Origin: Chrysomallon squamiferum
Lineage: Eukaryota > Animalia > Mollusca
Length of the DNA: 64,000 nucleotides
Reading direction: 5' to 3'
Assembly (NCBI GenBank): GCA_012295275.1
Contig: CM022669.1
Span: 17,546,001-17,610,000 of the forward strand
In this document: positions 47,646-61,925 of the stretch, one piece after another
Position numbering within the stretch: the stretch's first letter is position 1
How the letters are laid out: every line of letters begins with the position of its first letter
The notes under the pieces: model-generated
What the model was told of the DNA's origin: nothing
The model's input: the letters and a program-made list of their open reading frames with translations, nothing else
Databases searched by the model: none
Position numbers and translations under genes: made by a program

Positions 47646-50600
47646 ATGCACACACTCAAACACAAATAAAGCATTACTGCTCAAACTGCTTGTTGTTCTC
47701 AGTTAGATAAATGTTAAATTAGATTTTAATATCATTTTCCACTAAATACTTGATATATTTTGTAAAATAAAGAGATAAATGTACATAAAAAATAACAAAA
47801 TATTATAAATAGAAATAACTGCAGTTTCACACCATTAAAATCTTTAAAAAAAAAAAAAATGATCTATTCTTAAGCATTTAAAAAAAACACAAAAAAAAAA
47901 CACACATTATGTTTCATTTAATAATTAAACAAAAATTGAATGAATAAACATATAAATAAATAAAAAATTAGAAAAACTAAATTAATTTTGTCCCCCTTGT
48001 TTTGCAGCACAAACCGATGAGATGTTTGTCAGAAGTTATGGACTTCTTCGTGACCATGTCAGGAGAACAGTGGACACGTCCAATGACCACAAACAACCCA
48101 AAAGATCTGGGTTTAAATGAACCAGACTACCAAACAAGAATTTTCAGAAGTATGTTTTAAAGCATAAATTTTATTTTTGCACACGTCTGTGTTTGTATGT
48201 ATGTACATAGCTGTGTGTATGTGTGTGTACAAGGAAAATGCAAATAATATAACTGCACTAATAAATTCTGTCTCTGAAAATTATTTTACTAATGCTGTGC
48301 ACAGTGACACTAAGATGTCATCTTTTCCAGACTTAGCTTTTATAATAATTTTTACCATCTAGGGCATAAACAGCAACCATAATGTACATATATGTGTGTG
48401 TGTGTGTTCATTGATGTGTATATATATATGCAATTACACTTATAGCATATAACAATTACATAATTGTACTTTACACAAGCAAAAATAAAAGGTTGGTTGG
48501 GGTTGTTTTTTTTAGCTTTTCAGAATTGTGAATAATAATTGTTTAAAAAATTATTTTTAAAGTAATGAACTTAACTTATTTTCTACTTTAAACAAAAACT
48601 TTTAATATCAGAAAATGTTTTTTTGATTTTGAATTGCCTGTGAAATCTGTTAATATGTTTACAATATTAACATTACAACTGAGTTTTAATCTGTTTTTAT
48701 TTTTATCATTGTGGAATGATTGCTGCTTTGTAGATATTTTACTAAAGTCTGTCTTTGATGATTTGAACAAAAAAATCCTAAATATATACTTCTAAATTAT
48801 TGTTTTATTTGTTTATAACAACAGTCTTTCTTATTAATAAAGAATGACAATAAAATAATCACCACAAAGACATTATTTATAAACATTTACACAAAATTTT
48901 TAAAGTCATTACAAAATTATTTATAAAACATTAAGTATTTATTCTTACTCCATCTGAGCTATTTTGTTAGATTTATTTTAAAAAAATTTTAAATTTATTT
49001 ATACTAATTTTTGTTTTTGTTGTTTTTGGATCTTTTAAAAAACTGTGTGTCTTAATACTTATTTACATTCAGTAATATTATGTTACAATGTCACTCGCAG
49101 TTTATTTTCATGAATTTGTCATTCTTAATTGTTATCAAAGATTGGTTGTCAGTAAACCATGATTTGGAGGTAGAGAGAGTATGTTGAGATAAATTTGTTC
49201 TAATAATCCAAGCTACAAGATAATTAAAAGTATTTCTGCCAGACACTAAACTCCTAACAGGGAATCATTCTTATTTGCAGCAACACATGATGATGAAAGT
49301 GGGGAAGAATTGGAAGAAGGTAGGGAATAAATGACAAGTTGACTAAAATAGATACAAGGGAATGCATACTTAAACACTTTCTTCTATTTCATGCATGTTA
49401 TATATATGTGTATATATATATATATACATGTTAAAAAAGATAATAATACTCCCTACAAAAACAACCCCCCCCCAAAAGTCAAGAAAAGTTTAAAAAGAAC
49501 AACAAAAATAAACAAGCAAATAAAACAACCAAAATACACAATATTATTTCCTCAATAATGTTTATGCACAAGACTTCTCATCTGTTTAATATTGCTTGCT
49601 TCAAAATGACCCAGCAGCCTTTATTAATATATCAAATATTTCTTTCCTATCTTGTTATTAATAAAATTTTAAAGCATTTTCTATCCCAAGCCTTGTTGAA
49701 TTCCACTGCATGTTCTTAATGTCATTTGTCTTTACTTGGATTAATCAGATTTGTATTCACCATGTAATATGTGTATTTAATTCTGCATTTCCTTATATTG
49801 ATTCTTTTCATTCAAAATTTTAATACAACAAACCTTTGAAACATTATAAAGTTTATTCCCTATAGATTTGGTATATATTTTTAATAGCTTTATTTAATTT
49901 TATTTGTTTTTTGTTTTTATTTATTTATTTGTAAAAAATTTTTAAAAATTAAACTTATTCCATTAAATATAATTCAGAAACATATATCATTTACATATAC
50001 ACAGCCTCATAAAATAAAATTAAATATAATTTAGTTTTAAACTTTACCTGTATCAAACCCAATGAGAAATTTTATTTTACATATTATTTGAATATTTTTA
50101 ATTATTTCAGATTATGAAGAACCTACAGACATCCAAACATCTAATTCAAAAACATGGTCACAGGCTAAAACTAACAAAGGTAGATAAACTATTGTATTGA
50201 ATGTTATACAGCTAACTATTCATGTATAAATAAATAAATTAATTAATTAATTAATTAATAAATGAGTAGCTAAATAATATTATTTATTTATAACTGATAC
50301 ACTATATTCTTTCACAATATATAAATTTCTTGTGTTGTAGATACATATTAACATTATTTATTTATAACTGATATACTACATTCTTTCACAATATATAAAT
50401 ATCTTGTGTTGTAGATACATATTAAAATAATTAATACAGGTTCAGAAAAAGAATATATCTCATGATAGAAACAATTTCTTGAATAAAATGGAATCTTTAT
50501 TACAAATTATTACATATTTTAGCTACAGAAATGGGCAAACAGCAACACAGTAAGACAATGATGGGACACCATGAAAAAAGGCCGATGATAAACCAGGAAC

Positions 50601-51682
50601 TAATGAATAGATTCAGTGAAGCAAGTAAGTGACAAGTTTAACTCTTTGCATTCCAGCCATTTTTAAATTAACACCAAGAACAGAGAAACTGGACGTATGT
50701 TTCTACTGTATATGGTTTCAGATATGTGTAACCTAACTGCATAATAAGTCTAATTCTTGCTGAAATTGTACCAGCAATACACAAGTTAAATTTTACCCAG
50801 TTTCAGATGCACATAGCTTAATCGGAAATATCATAAATCTACCAACAAATAATAACAAATATTGCTGTGGCAGTGGTGATTACATATAAACTGATAACAA
50901 AACAAAAGACAGGATGGATACATTCATTTCAAACTGTGCAAAATGGAGAGATGAGGACATTTTTGTTGAGGGTATCAGAGTGGTTTGTCCTGCCCAAACT
51001 TTTACACAGATAAAAACACATTTTTTGTCCAAATTTTCCCCACTGTTCTGTCTGAATTTTTTTCGAAGGCTTCTGCTCCCATGGTTGTACTGGACAATCG
51101 GAACACAACATTCAAAGACTTAAAAAAGCAGTGCAGCACATGAAAGACATGCCACTAGCACAGTTTTAATCATTATACCAATAACAGAAAATGAATCAGC
51201 GTGCTTTTATAACATATTTTATGATAAATAAAGTTTGACTTTGATGTTTTACATTCACTCAGTTTTGCTGTTATCTATTTTTTATACTTTTTTTTTTAAC
51301 ATTTTAAATTTTTTTTTTTTTTTGGGGGGGGTAAATTAATTTGTAGGAAACTATTGCATTTATGAATGTTGTTTAGTTTGAATTTCCCCAAATCAGAACA
51401 AGTTAATCTTCTTTTCAGAAGCTGTTGTTGATCTAGATAACACTCTGAAAATGTACGATGAGGACACCCAGTCTCGTAAGATACTTTTTTTTTATATCAG
51501 CTGGTTGTACAAAATAAAATTATCAAAGTATGAATAATCTTACAAAAACACAAAAAACCTACAGCTGAAAATGCATTATACAAAGATATGATTTATTTCC
51601 TTAAGTAGTTTTATTCAACCTTTTAAAGATAATAATCTGTCATACAGTTTGTTTTTATTTCTTCTTGTTTTGATTCTTCTTT

Positions 51683-51751
<69 letters not shown>

Positions 51752-52842
51752 GACTTTCTCTCCCATATATGTACACACCCACATCCACAGACACCCACAC
51801 ACAGAGAAACATAGATATATATATATATATACCCAATACATACATAACACATATACATACACATACATATGCTATTGTGTCTAGCATGTTTGCATGTCTG
51901 TATATTCATTTATATATAGGTATAGAATGTTTTTTTATTGTTTGCATGTGCATGCTTATTTAAATTTTTGATTTGCATGTTGGTGATGTATATTTTTAAT
52001 TATAATGAAATAGAAAATAGAAAAATTTACAAGGGATTATATTTGGATTTTTGAATATTTGTTTGATTATTATAATTTTTTTAGCATTTTGATCTAATAC
52101 TACTAATTTGAAGTCATAGATGATTTATTTATTTATTAATCATCATCACCTTCATCATCATCATCATCATTTTTTAATTAATATCATAAGACATTTGTTA
52201 TTAAGAATAAAACACTCAAATACAAATAGTAAATATTTATTTGTTATTTTATATAACTTAAAAACAAATTGCTAAAATAATTTTTTTTTAAATAAAAAGA
52301 TTAATAATTGTGTGTAAATTTGTAATGATGATTATGTTTTAATAATAATAAATCATCTGTGCACATTAGGTTAATTAATTAGTAGAATATCTTACATTAG
52401 GATACGTTTTACCTCAAAAAGTTACATACACTAAACTGAATTTAGTTTTATTTATTATCAGTACATGATTGATTTAGACAAAATAGTGCAGAAAAAAGTT
52501 AAGAAAAGATTTCCTGATATAAAACAAAAATATTTCACTTACAGAAGCAGTATCAGACAATACATATAGCTATGAAAATGAGAGTGTCATCAAATCATGT
52601 AAGTTGGCGGTAAATAAATAGAGAGAGAGTTAAAACATTATGTTGTGTTAAAATTAATTTATTTCATTTTTGTACTGAAATATTCAAATTTTATTGTTCT
52701 AGTCATTGTTCATTATTATATACATAAAGAATAAATTTGAGTATATTATGATCTAAAGGTTTTTGAAGAAATTATAAAATGTTATAATTCTGAGATTTTA
52801 AAAGAAATTATTTTCTCTTAATATAAATAACAATTTTTAGAT

Positions 52843-52873
<31 letters not shown>

Positions 52874-54236
52874 TAGTAATTTGAACTAATGTGTTATGTG
52901 TCTAATAGTTTTATATATTCTATAATACATTCTTTCTGGTACTGGAATTCAGATAGTTTGGGATTTTATTAAAAATATAATATTGTTGGATTTTTTGCAT
53001 GATATTTCAGAGCAGATCAAACAATAATTAAATTATTTAAATAAATTATCTTAACATTTGGTTCCTGCTGAATTTTTTTTTTTTTTTTGACAATGTGTTT
53101 TTTCATCTTTGTAATGAAATTCTTTTAATTCTGAATTAAATGACAGAGCCCATCCTTTTCAGAAACCTTAGATCTGCTGGTAGTTAGTATTTGTGAGACT
53201 AAATTACTAACAATTACTATAATTTTACATTTATTTGAATTATATTAAAAGCATGTCTGCATGTTAATTTTGAATTAAATGACAGTAGATTTAGTTTAGG
53301 AAAACCATTAATCTGGATTGCAGATTAACCTCTCCCCACAAAAAAAAAAAAAAAATTCAGATTTAATTAAAAATACTTATTAATTTTCTTTTATTTGTTT
53401 TATTTTTTTATTGGGGTTTCATATTTATAAGCTGATGTCATTTTTAAAAATACTTTATAAAAAAAAATTATTAAAATATGGAATAGAATAGATTTTGGAT
53501 TAGTAGTTATATCTTTTCAAATTTAATTTTTTTTTAAATATATATTTTCTTTTATTTATTTTATTGGGGTGCCACATGTGTATGTATCTATCTATCTATC
53601 TATCTATCTATATATATATATATTTTTGTACTATTTGTTTTATTTCTTTCTGAATGTATTCAATTTTTAAAATAATTTTTGCAGTACGAGATTTAGACAC
53701 AGCACCTCTACCTCCAGGTCCACCTCCAGCTTGTGTTGGAAGACCAGCATCTGTAAGCTCCTATGTTAACGACAATGTTCTTGATGTCAGAAGTAAGTTC
53801 AGTGTATATGTCAGCTGAAGTGTTTGATAACAGTAATATTACACAAGCAGTTAATTAATACTGTAACATGACAAATGAACAAAACAGTGATATTACTGAC
53901 ATCAAAACAAAATAACAATCTATCTTGTAGAAATTATGAAAGTTATTACTGTCTTTATTGACGTTCATTTGAAAAACAAAATAACAGGTATTCTTATGGA
54001 AAATATAATAAGTGAATTCAGTGAAGGAATTATTTAAAAAGTAAATAACAATCTGCCTTACAGAAAATATAAGAAGTGCCATCATAATTTTAAAAATTAA
54101 ATAAGAGTATGTCAAATATACACTGTCATAGGGTTTGCTGTCATTAATTTCAAACTGAACTATATAAAAGCACTTCTGTTTTTGACAATATGATAACAAA
54201 AACATTTTTTATGGTCATCGTTATTTTGGAGCTAAA

Positions 54237-54270
<34 letters not shown>

Positions 54271-54771
54271 ATACTGAACTTTGTTTTGTTGTGCAGACAA
54301 TATGATAGCAACAGAATATAAATTTATTGACATTTCAAAATTAAACCATATTTTGTTTGTTAGAAATGTATTATTACTTCCAAACAGAATTTAAATTTAC
54401 TGAAATAATAATTTCAAAACTAAACGATATTTTATTCAACATACAAAACGACAACAACAGAATATATAACCTTTGTATCATTATTTCCAAACTGACACTG
54501 ACTTATACAGGCAAAATGACGGACAAAACTTGTGCAGACTTGTACAGACAATAATAACACAGCAGCGACTTTGAAAATTATATCACAGTCTACATTATTA
54601 AAATTAGATAACTTTCTTTCATGTAGACAGTGTATCAGTGCTGTACTTAGTAATTCCACTGATGTTGGGACACAATAATGAAAGCAGTATAATTTTCTAT
54701 CTCCTGGTCAACATTTTACATGTATCTGAAATAATTATGTATATATACACATAAGATTTCAATACATACAT

Positions 54772-54831
<60 letters not shown>

Positions 54832-55311
54832 TCATACATACACAGCAGTATGACTAATTTTGGCAGGAAGGGTCACATATAAGTTTTCCAATAACCATGC
54901 AACCTTGGAACCTTTTTTTTTTGTGTGTTGTCATACTTTATTGTTAGCAAATTATTCATTATTTCTAAATAGCTCGACGGCAGAGTGTAACATTTGCAGC
55001 AGATGTCAATCCAGACAAAAAAGGTATCATTAGAGACCTACCATATTACAGATTCTCTTTGTACTAGTTACTTTGAATTTAACCCTTCCAAATCTGTAAT
55101 AAAAGTTGTATATAGACAACACTGATCTATGCATATAACTTTGGCAAACTATTATAATCAGGTTAGTTCTCACCTGCAAATAACACAACGCTTACAAAGA
55201 GTGTTACTGTTGTAGTCTAACAGCTTATAGAGAATGCAGTGTTATTTTATTTAATTTAACAATTATTTCTTTATTTTATTTTATTTCATGATTTTTTTTG
55301 CTTAAGCTTTT

Positions 55312-55349
<38 letters not shown>

Positions 55350-55354
55350 TAATA

Positions 55355-55395
<41 letters not shown>

Positions 55396-56547
55396 GACGA
55401 TGATAAAGAATGAAATAAATAAAAAAAGATAATATTAATACATTTAAAAAGTCATTTCATCTTTAGTTAGATTTTTAACCAACTATAAGAAATCATTTTT
55501 ATTCTTTTTTTTCTTTTTCTTTTCTTTTCTTTTTTCTTTTTCTTTCTTTCTCTTTTTCTTTCTTTTTTTCTGTCTCTCTTTTGTTATGGTCTTTTTATTC
55601 TGCAACATTCAGTTATTCGATATCTTACTTTAGGTTTGCATGGATTGTGTTCTAGTCTTCACAACCTGCCTAGGTTTAATTTCCACACTTTTACCTTTGT
55701 TTTATTTCTATAGAATTATTTCCCTTTCTGTGTAGTTTTGAACACAGTTCTTTTTTAATTACACCAGAGTAATCTCCCTTTTCGAACTTTCTACCTGCTC
55801 TGAATTAGAAAAAAATACTTTATTTTATTCAGCTTTTGGAGTTTCATCTGAAATAATTATATAACTCTGCTTCCATAATGAAAAAAAAAAAAAAAAAAAA
55901 ATAATAATAATCAAATAAAAACAATAATGTAAAATAAAATAATAACAAAATGAAGAAATAAATAAATAATAATTTAATAAAAATCAGTTTAAAAAGTAAT
56001 AATTATAACATAAATAAATAAATAAATAAATAAATAAAAATAAAAATAAAGAAAGAAAAATAATTAAATAAAAAGTATCTTTAAACTGGTAACAAAATTT
56101 AATATGTTATTTATATATTGCACAGTTTTGCATTACTAACTAGTTATTAGTATTAATGCTTACAATAATTATTTGCTGTCCACTGTATTAAAAAACCATT
56201 TTAAAACACCCTTTATCATATCTATTATACATATTATATAATTATTTTTACCTTCTTTCATAGTTAGTAATATAGCATTGTTTTTCTATTGCCTTTGATA
56301 TACTCAGTACATAAATTACCCAAAACTATATAGCATTCATAATAAAATGATCAGTTTGTATTTACTTTTAATTTAACAACAAAATGCATAAATGTAAAAT
56401 AAAAGTTTAATTTTCCTTTTTAATATTATTTAAAATAAAATAAAATAAAGCATTAATTAAAAAATAGAAATAAGTGATTAATCATAACTAGTTTTATATA
56501 TAATTTGAATTATTATTTCTTTACAATTCTATTTTATTTTTTAAATA

Positions 56548-56584
<37 letters not shown>

Positions 56585-59443
56585 TTATTTTTTTTTTTAT
56601 TTATTTATTTATTTATTTATACATTTTTAAGCTGTTTTATTTCTAAATTTAATTTAAAAAGACATCAAAACAAAAATAAAACATCAACGTAAATCTAAAA
56701 TTTAAAATTATTACCTGTAAATTTATTTTTCACAAATGTAATTAATGTTTTCTTTCATTAGCTTCGGATCAAAGGCAAAGAACAAAATCTGTTCCAAATA
56801 TTTTCCCTCCTGGCTGTCAATTTAATGTGTCAGGTTGGTTTGTTGATTGTTTTACGTAACTTCATATTTGTATTTTCCCCCATTCTTTTAAGAACATTAT
56901 AAATTCTTCAATACCATTTGGACGTCTCATCTTGATTTGTATTTGATTAAAGTTGTTTTCATTCTGTTGAACAAGATAGAGGTCTGTTTTCTGAATCAGT
57001 TTGTTGCCAAGCTGTTGGTTTGGTAATATGTTTCATTAAGGCTATTTAGATTGCTGAATCAGTTTGTTATGTTAATTTTATTATATTATCTGCAATATTT
57101 ATGTTTAACTGTAATATTTATGTTATTATAGTACTGGTAATGTTTATGTTAAATTGTAATATTCATGTTATTATAATACCTGTAATGTTTATGTTAAACT
57201 CAATTGTTTATGTTGTTAAAATACTTGTAATGTTATATGCTATTATAGTACTTCCAGTGTTTATGTTATTATGAAACCTTTAATATTTGTTGTTATAGTG
57301 TCTGTAATATTTATGTTATTACAGTACCTGTAATGTTTGTGTTAATATAGTAACAGTAATACTTATGTTAAATTCTAATATTTTTAAATTTTTGTTTTTT
57401 TTATAGTACCTGCCTCATCACAGTTACCAGCACCAGGAATTATTCCACCCATACACGAACAGGGACCAAGTGTTCCAGATATACCTCTGACATCTCCAGT
57501 GAATGTTCTGAAGAGCCAGTTTGAAAAACAGTCCACACCACAACCCCCAAATCCCAAGAGTGTACAGCAGCCACAGCAACAAAGAAGAGGTAAGTTAAAA
57601 AAAAAAAAAAACCCTCCTAAAACCTCATAACCCCATTAAATAACAGATTTTATATAATATTTAATATTGATGTTGACGTCTTGTTATGTAATAGAGATAG
57701 TGTTATGAGTTTTATTGTGTATGGTTTTGTACATTGTCACTGTCCAGTGATTAACATAATGAAAATGTCCACCAGTATCTTAAAGAAGAATAACTCATTC
57801 ACAGTCACATTCAACAAAACTGAATCTCTCTCTTGTTCTGTGTTTGTGTTGTAATATTTTTTTTTGTGTTTCCTGTCTGTCTGCTTTTATTTGTGTTTAT
57901 TGTTAAAACTGCTGTGTTTATGTTTTGTGTTGTTTTGTCTTGTAATAACTGCACTTGTAATGCAATTGTGATATATTCTGTACATCGTTGTAATGTTGTC
58001 TTTACCTACAAATAATATAGACAGACTTTAAAAATGTTCACAGTGTATCTTGCTAGAATGATTTCTGTTTACATAAACAGGCTTTCACTTCAATGGTGGT
58101 GGATGCTTAGTGAACTAATCCTTTTTGATTCTTAATCTTTCAATTTTTTAAATTTTTTTTAAATATTAAATCTGGTTTTAATCTTCATCCGTATCTTCGA
58201 TGAAATGTATTGTTTAAGTCTTTAAAAGAATAATTGGTGGAATGTTAAGCAAAATTGTGACATAAAATATTTAGCTAAAATAAGTGATCTAAAGTGAATA
58301 CTGAATGAATGTTTAGCAGCATCGTAAAACCAAATGTACAGCTTAATTAAGAATTAAATCTTTAGTTTGATGATGTTCTTTTTTCATTTTCTAATTATCA
58401 CTTAATTTGAATTGAAACTGCTGTTTTCTAATAATTTCATAAATTTTTTTTAGAGAAAAAGACGTTTTTCTAAAAGGCAAATGTGTTTCCATAGCCCGAC
58501 GTTTTCATTGTCTGATTATTCTGAATAACAATTTGGCATATCCATGACACCTGTTTGATTTTTTAAAAACAGAAACCTCTGTCAGATGATGTTATAATTA
58601 TATTTAAGTTATTACTTCTTTTGTGCAATGCAGTATTGTTTTTATGCAATAATTTGGTTTTTAATACATTGATAACAGACTGTCAATAAGAAATTTTAAA
58701 GTCTTGACCGACTGAGATATTTTCATTGTTTTGATTATTTATTTACTTATTTATTTATTAGTTATCTAGTCTGTTTATCAAATAAACATTTGTAGATTCC
58801 TTTCTATATTATTTGAAACACAACATTTCTTTATGATTTTTTTGCATTATATACAAATTCAAGATTAATGCGTAAATATTTAAAAAAAACTATTTTTATA
58901 ACCTTTCTTTTTCTTTTTTGAAACTTTCACTGAAACATAGATAACACTCTCTTTAGAATAGACTTAACATTACTAACACACTAGCACGCTTTATTTTGAT
59001 TCACAGGCAACCACAAAACGCCACCACCCGTTCTAAGGAAATCGTCATCTGGCCTTCAGCCTTTGCACAATACAAATAGTTTTTCTAGCAGGCCTAAAAC
59101 ATTTGGGTTTGGGAATGAGCCTGTAGGTGGCAGCACTAACACTTACCAGTTCACCTCAGAAGATGAATATTATGACGATGCTTCTGCTGCAAATATTCCA
59201 GTTAGTTTTTCACTTCCGGACAGTCGATCTTCTGCAGGCACAACACAGAACAACTCAGAGGGTGTTGACACGTCTTCTCTTATGAATCGTGCAGGTAAGG
59301 CTGCTGGTAAATTATTCCTTTGTCTCCATGGTTACCAGCTGTGACATCACCATTTGGAGGGGTGTATATGGGTGCTCTATGTATGTATGTGTGTTTGTGG
59401 TGGGTCTGTATGTGAGTGCTATGGGTATGTGCTGTGTGTATGG

Positions 59444-59494
<51 letters not shown>

Positions 59495-59956
59495 GGTGTG
59501 GGTGGGTGTAAGTGTGTATTATGTGAGAGAGTGTGGTTGTATCTCTCTAAATTTCTCTACCTTATACCTTTGATATGATTTAAAATATCCTATATTTGCT
59601 TAATGCACATATATAAAATATCCTATAGTTACATAACACATATATATCTTCTAACAATTATATAGATGGATCTTACTTATCAACACTTGTAATCTGCATT
59701 CTGTTTAAACCAGTGGTCACTAAATATTCTTTGTAATATCCTGTCACATTGGAATAAAAATTAATAATAAATAAAAAGTCAAAATTTCTACATTTCTACA
59801 AAAGATATTTCAGTAGAGAAGTATTTTTTGTAATCACCTTGTTTTGGCAAACCTTACTTACAGACCACTGTTTCAGACAACTGCTTTCTGTTTCAGACTT
59901 TTTTGTTATGTGTTTTGTTGAATGTATATACTTACATCAATAATATATAAATACAT

Positions 59957-59987
<31 letters not shown>

Positions 59988-60289
59988 TTTATATAGCACA
60001 GGACATAAACAGATGAAGTAACCACTCATCCACGACAGGCATACTTGAAATTATGCACAACTGCAAGTTAAAGTTAATAGTAAAAATCAAGATCTGTACT
60101 CACTGTATGTTTACCTCTGGTTTAGGAAATGCAGGAGAAATGAAGGGGATTAAGGCCAGATTAGAAAACATTTTGATACAGGGACCTAAAAAACCCAGCA
60201 GCCAGCAGGCCCCACCACCAGAGGACGATGCTGATCAAGAGTACTATGAGGACATTACTAACTATGTAAACGTTGACAGTATTCAATAA
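35996..60289 (+). CDS. STAP-like (signal-transducing adaptor protein) PH + SH2 adaptor with long Tyr/Pro-rich tail, 20 coding exons, about 713 aa
   Basis: Exons 35996-36067, 41615-41698, 43806-43919, 44443-44499, 44975-45205, 45722-45765, 46084-46227, 46404-46470, 48008-48149, 49281-49319, 50111-50179, 50523-50624, 51419-51475, 52545-52598, 53685-53792, 54973-55023, 56762-56833, 57407-57589, 59007-59294 and 60126-60289 are all GT-AG and join in frame (2142 nt). PH: YEGWLDHK...WKKLWCILKGRVLYFF...ERELWKAYI..IP.DIDLPPAQ. SH2: WFFEGITRQDAEKIL...GNTLMRES...SYVIS...HFEV...LSEVMDFFV...RPM. The small tail exons are less certain than the PH and SH2 exons. Confidence 0.82.
37255..37640. repeat. Diverged minisatellite (about 28 bp unit, ggttaaattcaaactgtattaat.ttaa) in intron 1 of the STAP-like gene
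   Basis: Repeated aaattcaaac(c/t)gta cores at about 37275, 37422, 37450, 37532 and 37588. Confidence 0.7.
38199..38290 (+). mobile_element. Tigger/pogo-type MITE (about 92 bp) resembling the Tigger4/MER46 left end
   Basis: TA|CAGGTTGAAAATCCTTTATCCGCAATGCTTGGAACC...TTTCGGATTTCGGA...TTTCGGATTTTGG, ending in a degenerate inverted terminus (GGATATAAGGAGACAGCCTG). Family assignment is from memory of the consensus. Confidence 0.6.
50278..50424. repeat. Tandem duplication of about 74 bp in an intron
   Basis: attatttatttataactgata.acta.attctttcacaatatataaat.tcttgtgttgtagatacatattaa occurs twice. Confidence 0.88.
57068..57380. repeat. Intronic minisatellite built of alternating units of about 19 and 24 bp (ttatgttattatagtacctgtaat / ttatgttaaattgtaat)
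   Basis: More than ten ttatgtta cores at regular spacing. Confidence 0.8.
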
Positions 60290-60622
60290 ACTGTTAACGA
60301 TAAGCCGTTTATTGATAGACTTTGAGAATACGAAAGTATTCAATACTGGCTGAACTATCAACAAGTTAAGAAAATGTTAAAATATTGAATACTGGCTGAA
60401 CCATGAACAGTAAGCCATTTAGTAATAGACTATGAAAAGATAGGACATTGGCTGAATTGTCAATGAGCAAGCATTTATTAATTAAAAGACTATGAAAATA
60501 TTAAAAATTTTGAATATTGCCTGAACGATCAAACTATCAACAATAAGCCATTTATTAAAATACTGTGAGAATATGAAAGTATTAAATATAAGCTGAATCA
60601 TCAACAAGAAGCCATTTATTTG
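60290..60622 (+). repeat. Diverged minisatellite (about 45-70 bp, 5-6 units) immediately after the stop of the STAP-like gene
   Basis: Recurrent taagccattta, gactatgaaaa and aatactggctgaa cores. Confidence 0.75.
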
Positions 60623-61059
60623 AACATGTTATTTAGACATATCAGACTGTGTGATATTTAAATATGTATATAAAACTGGGTATGTATTTAAATTTTCACA
60701 TTGCAGACTAAGTAATATATATTTAAATATGTTATTTTTATCTTGCATACTGTGCAAAATGAACTTTAACATGTTTTTTTCACATTGTAATCTATGCAGT
60801 ATATATATATTTGTGTTATTTTCGCACAATAGTCAATGGAATATATAATCAAAGTTTATTTTGACATTGCAGAACTATGTATAATCATATTTTGCAGACT
60901 CTGTGGGAATATAGTATCTATAATATTATGGTTCTTAGTTACATTTGTAGGCATTAGTGTTTGCCAGTGTGTTATATGAATAATATAAAAATAAATGACA
61001 TTATTGCCAATATATTTTATATATACTACATACTTGGAAATGATGTAAAATGATGGTAA

Positions 61060-61131
61060 CCCAGTAAAAAGACCACTTCTATGATAGGACCAGTTTTACT
61101 AAATCTCTCAGGTGGCCTTAAAAGAGGGGTA
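61060..61131. mobile_element. Possible Tc1/mariner-superfamily MITE remnant
   Basis: aagaccac...aggaccag...ggtggccttaa: direct and inverted subterminal-type repeats, ending agaggggt. Confidence 0.3.
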
Positions 61132-61889
61132 TTTTAATAAAATGTCAATAATTATTTTGTATGTGTGTGTGTATCTGTATATCTATCTGTTTGTGTGTGT
61201 GTGTGTTTTGTATATATATCACATTGTATGTTTTTCTAAGTATGTACAATCGAAATAAAATAAAAACACAATCCTTTAGAAATCATGGAATTATCATTAT
61301 TCTAGATTTTGATATTAAAAAATATATAAAAAATATAATTATCAGAAAACTAAATTTAGGCTTTTGGAAAAGAAGTTTCAGAATTTGTTTATGAAGGGCA
61401 TTTAAAAAAAAAAAAGTATAAAAAAAGTACTATCTAGAAAAACGTTTTTCATATGTGCATCTTTCTTCATCCCTCACATGCAAAATGCTTTCCAGCCAAA
61501 CATAGTGTTTCCTGTCAGTTTTTCAGTGTTATCAAACACAGCTAACATCAGTTTCATTATTATTATTATTATTATTATTAGAGATGACATTCACCAGTGT
61601 TTCAGTGATGTAGTACAATTTACATTATCATCTTTTTTACATTTCATTTTTGCACGTGATAAACTAAAACATGAAATTCACTGACATAATTGTAAAAACA
61701 TTCAGCAAGGGTAAAATGCTGATTCATTGTTTCTCCGTGTGAACTTAATGAGAAAGAATCAGCTGATGGTTACTGTGGTTTTTATAAGTTTAGAATTGTT
61801 TGACTTGTACACTGGAATTAGATATCCATAGAGGTTATAGATATGTCTGATATCTTCTGAAATAGGTATGCACAAATGAGGTGTATTGT

Positions 61890-61925
<36 letters not shown>

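Noticed and set aside
53147-53179. Candidate extra small exon in the adaptor tail (AG...GT, 33 nt)
   Set aside because: Joining to the preceding exon makes TAG; its acceptor context tgaattaaatgacag is a local repeat (also at about 53271) with a poor pyrimidine tract.
57068-60622. Repeat arrays as CRISPR-like
   Set aside because: Eukaryotic context, degenerate units without unique spacers, no cas genes.
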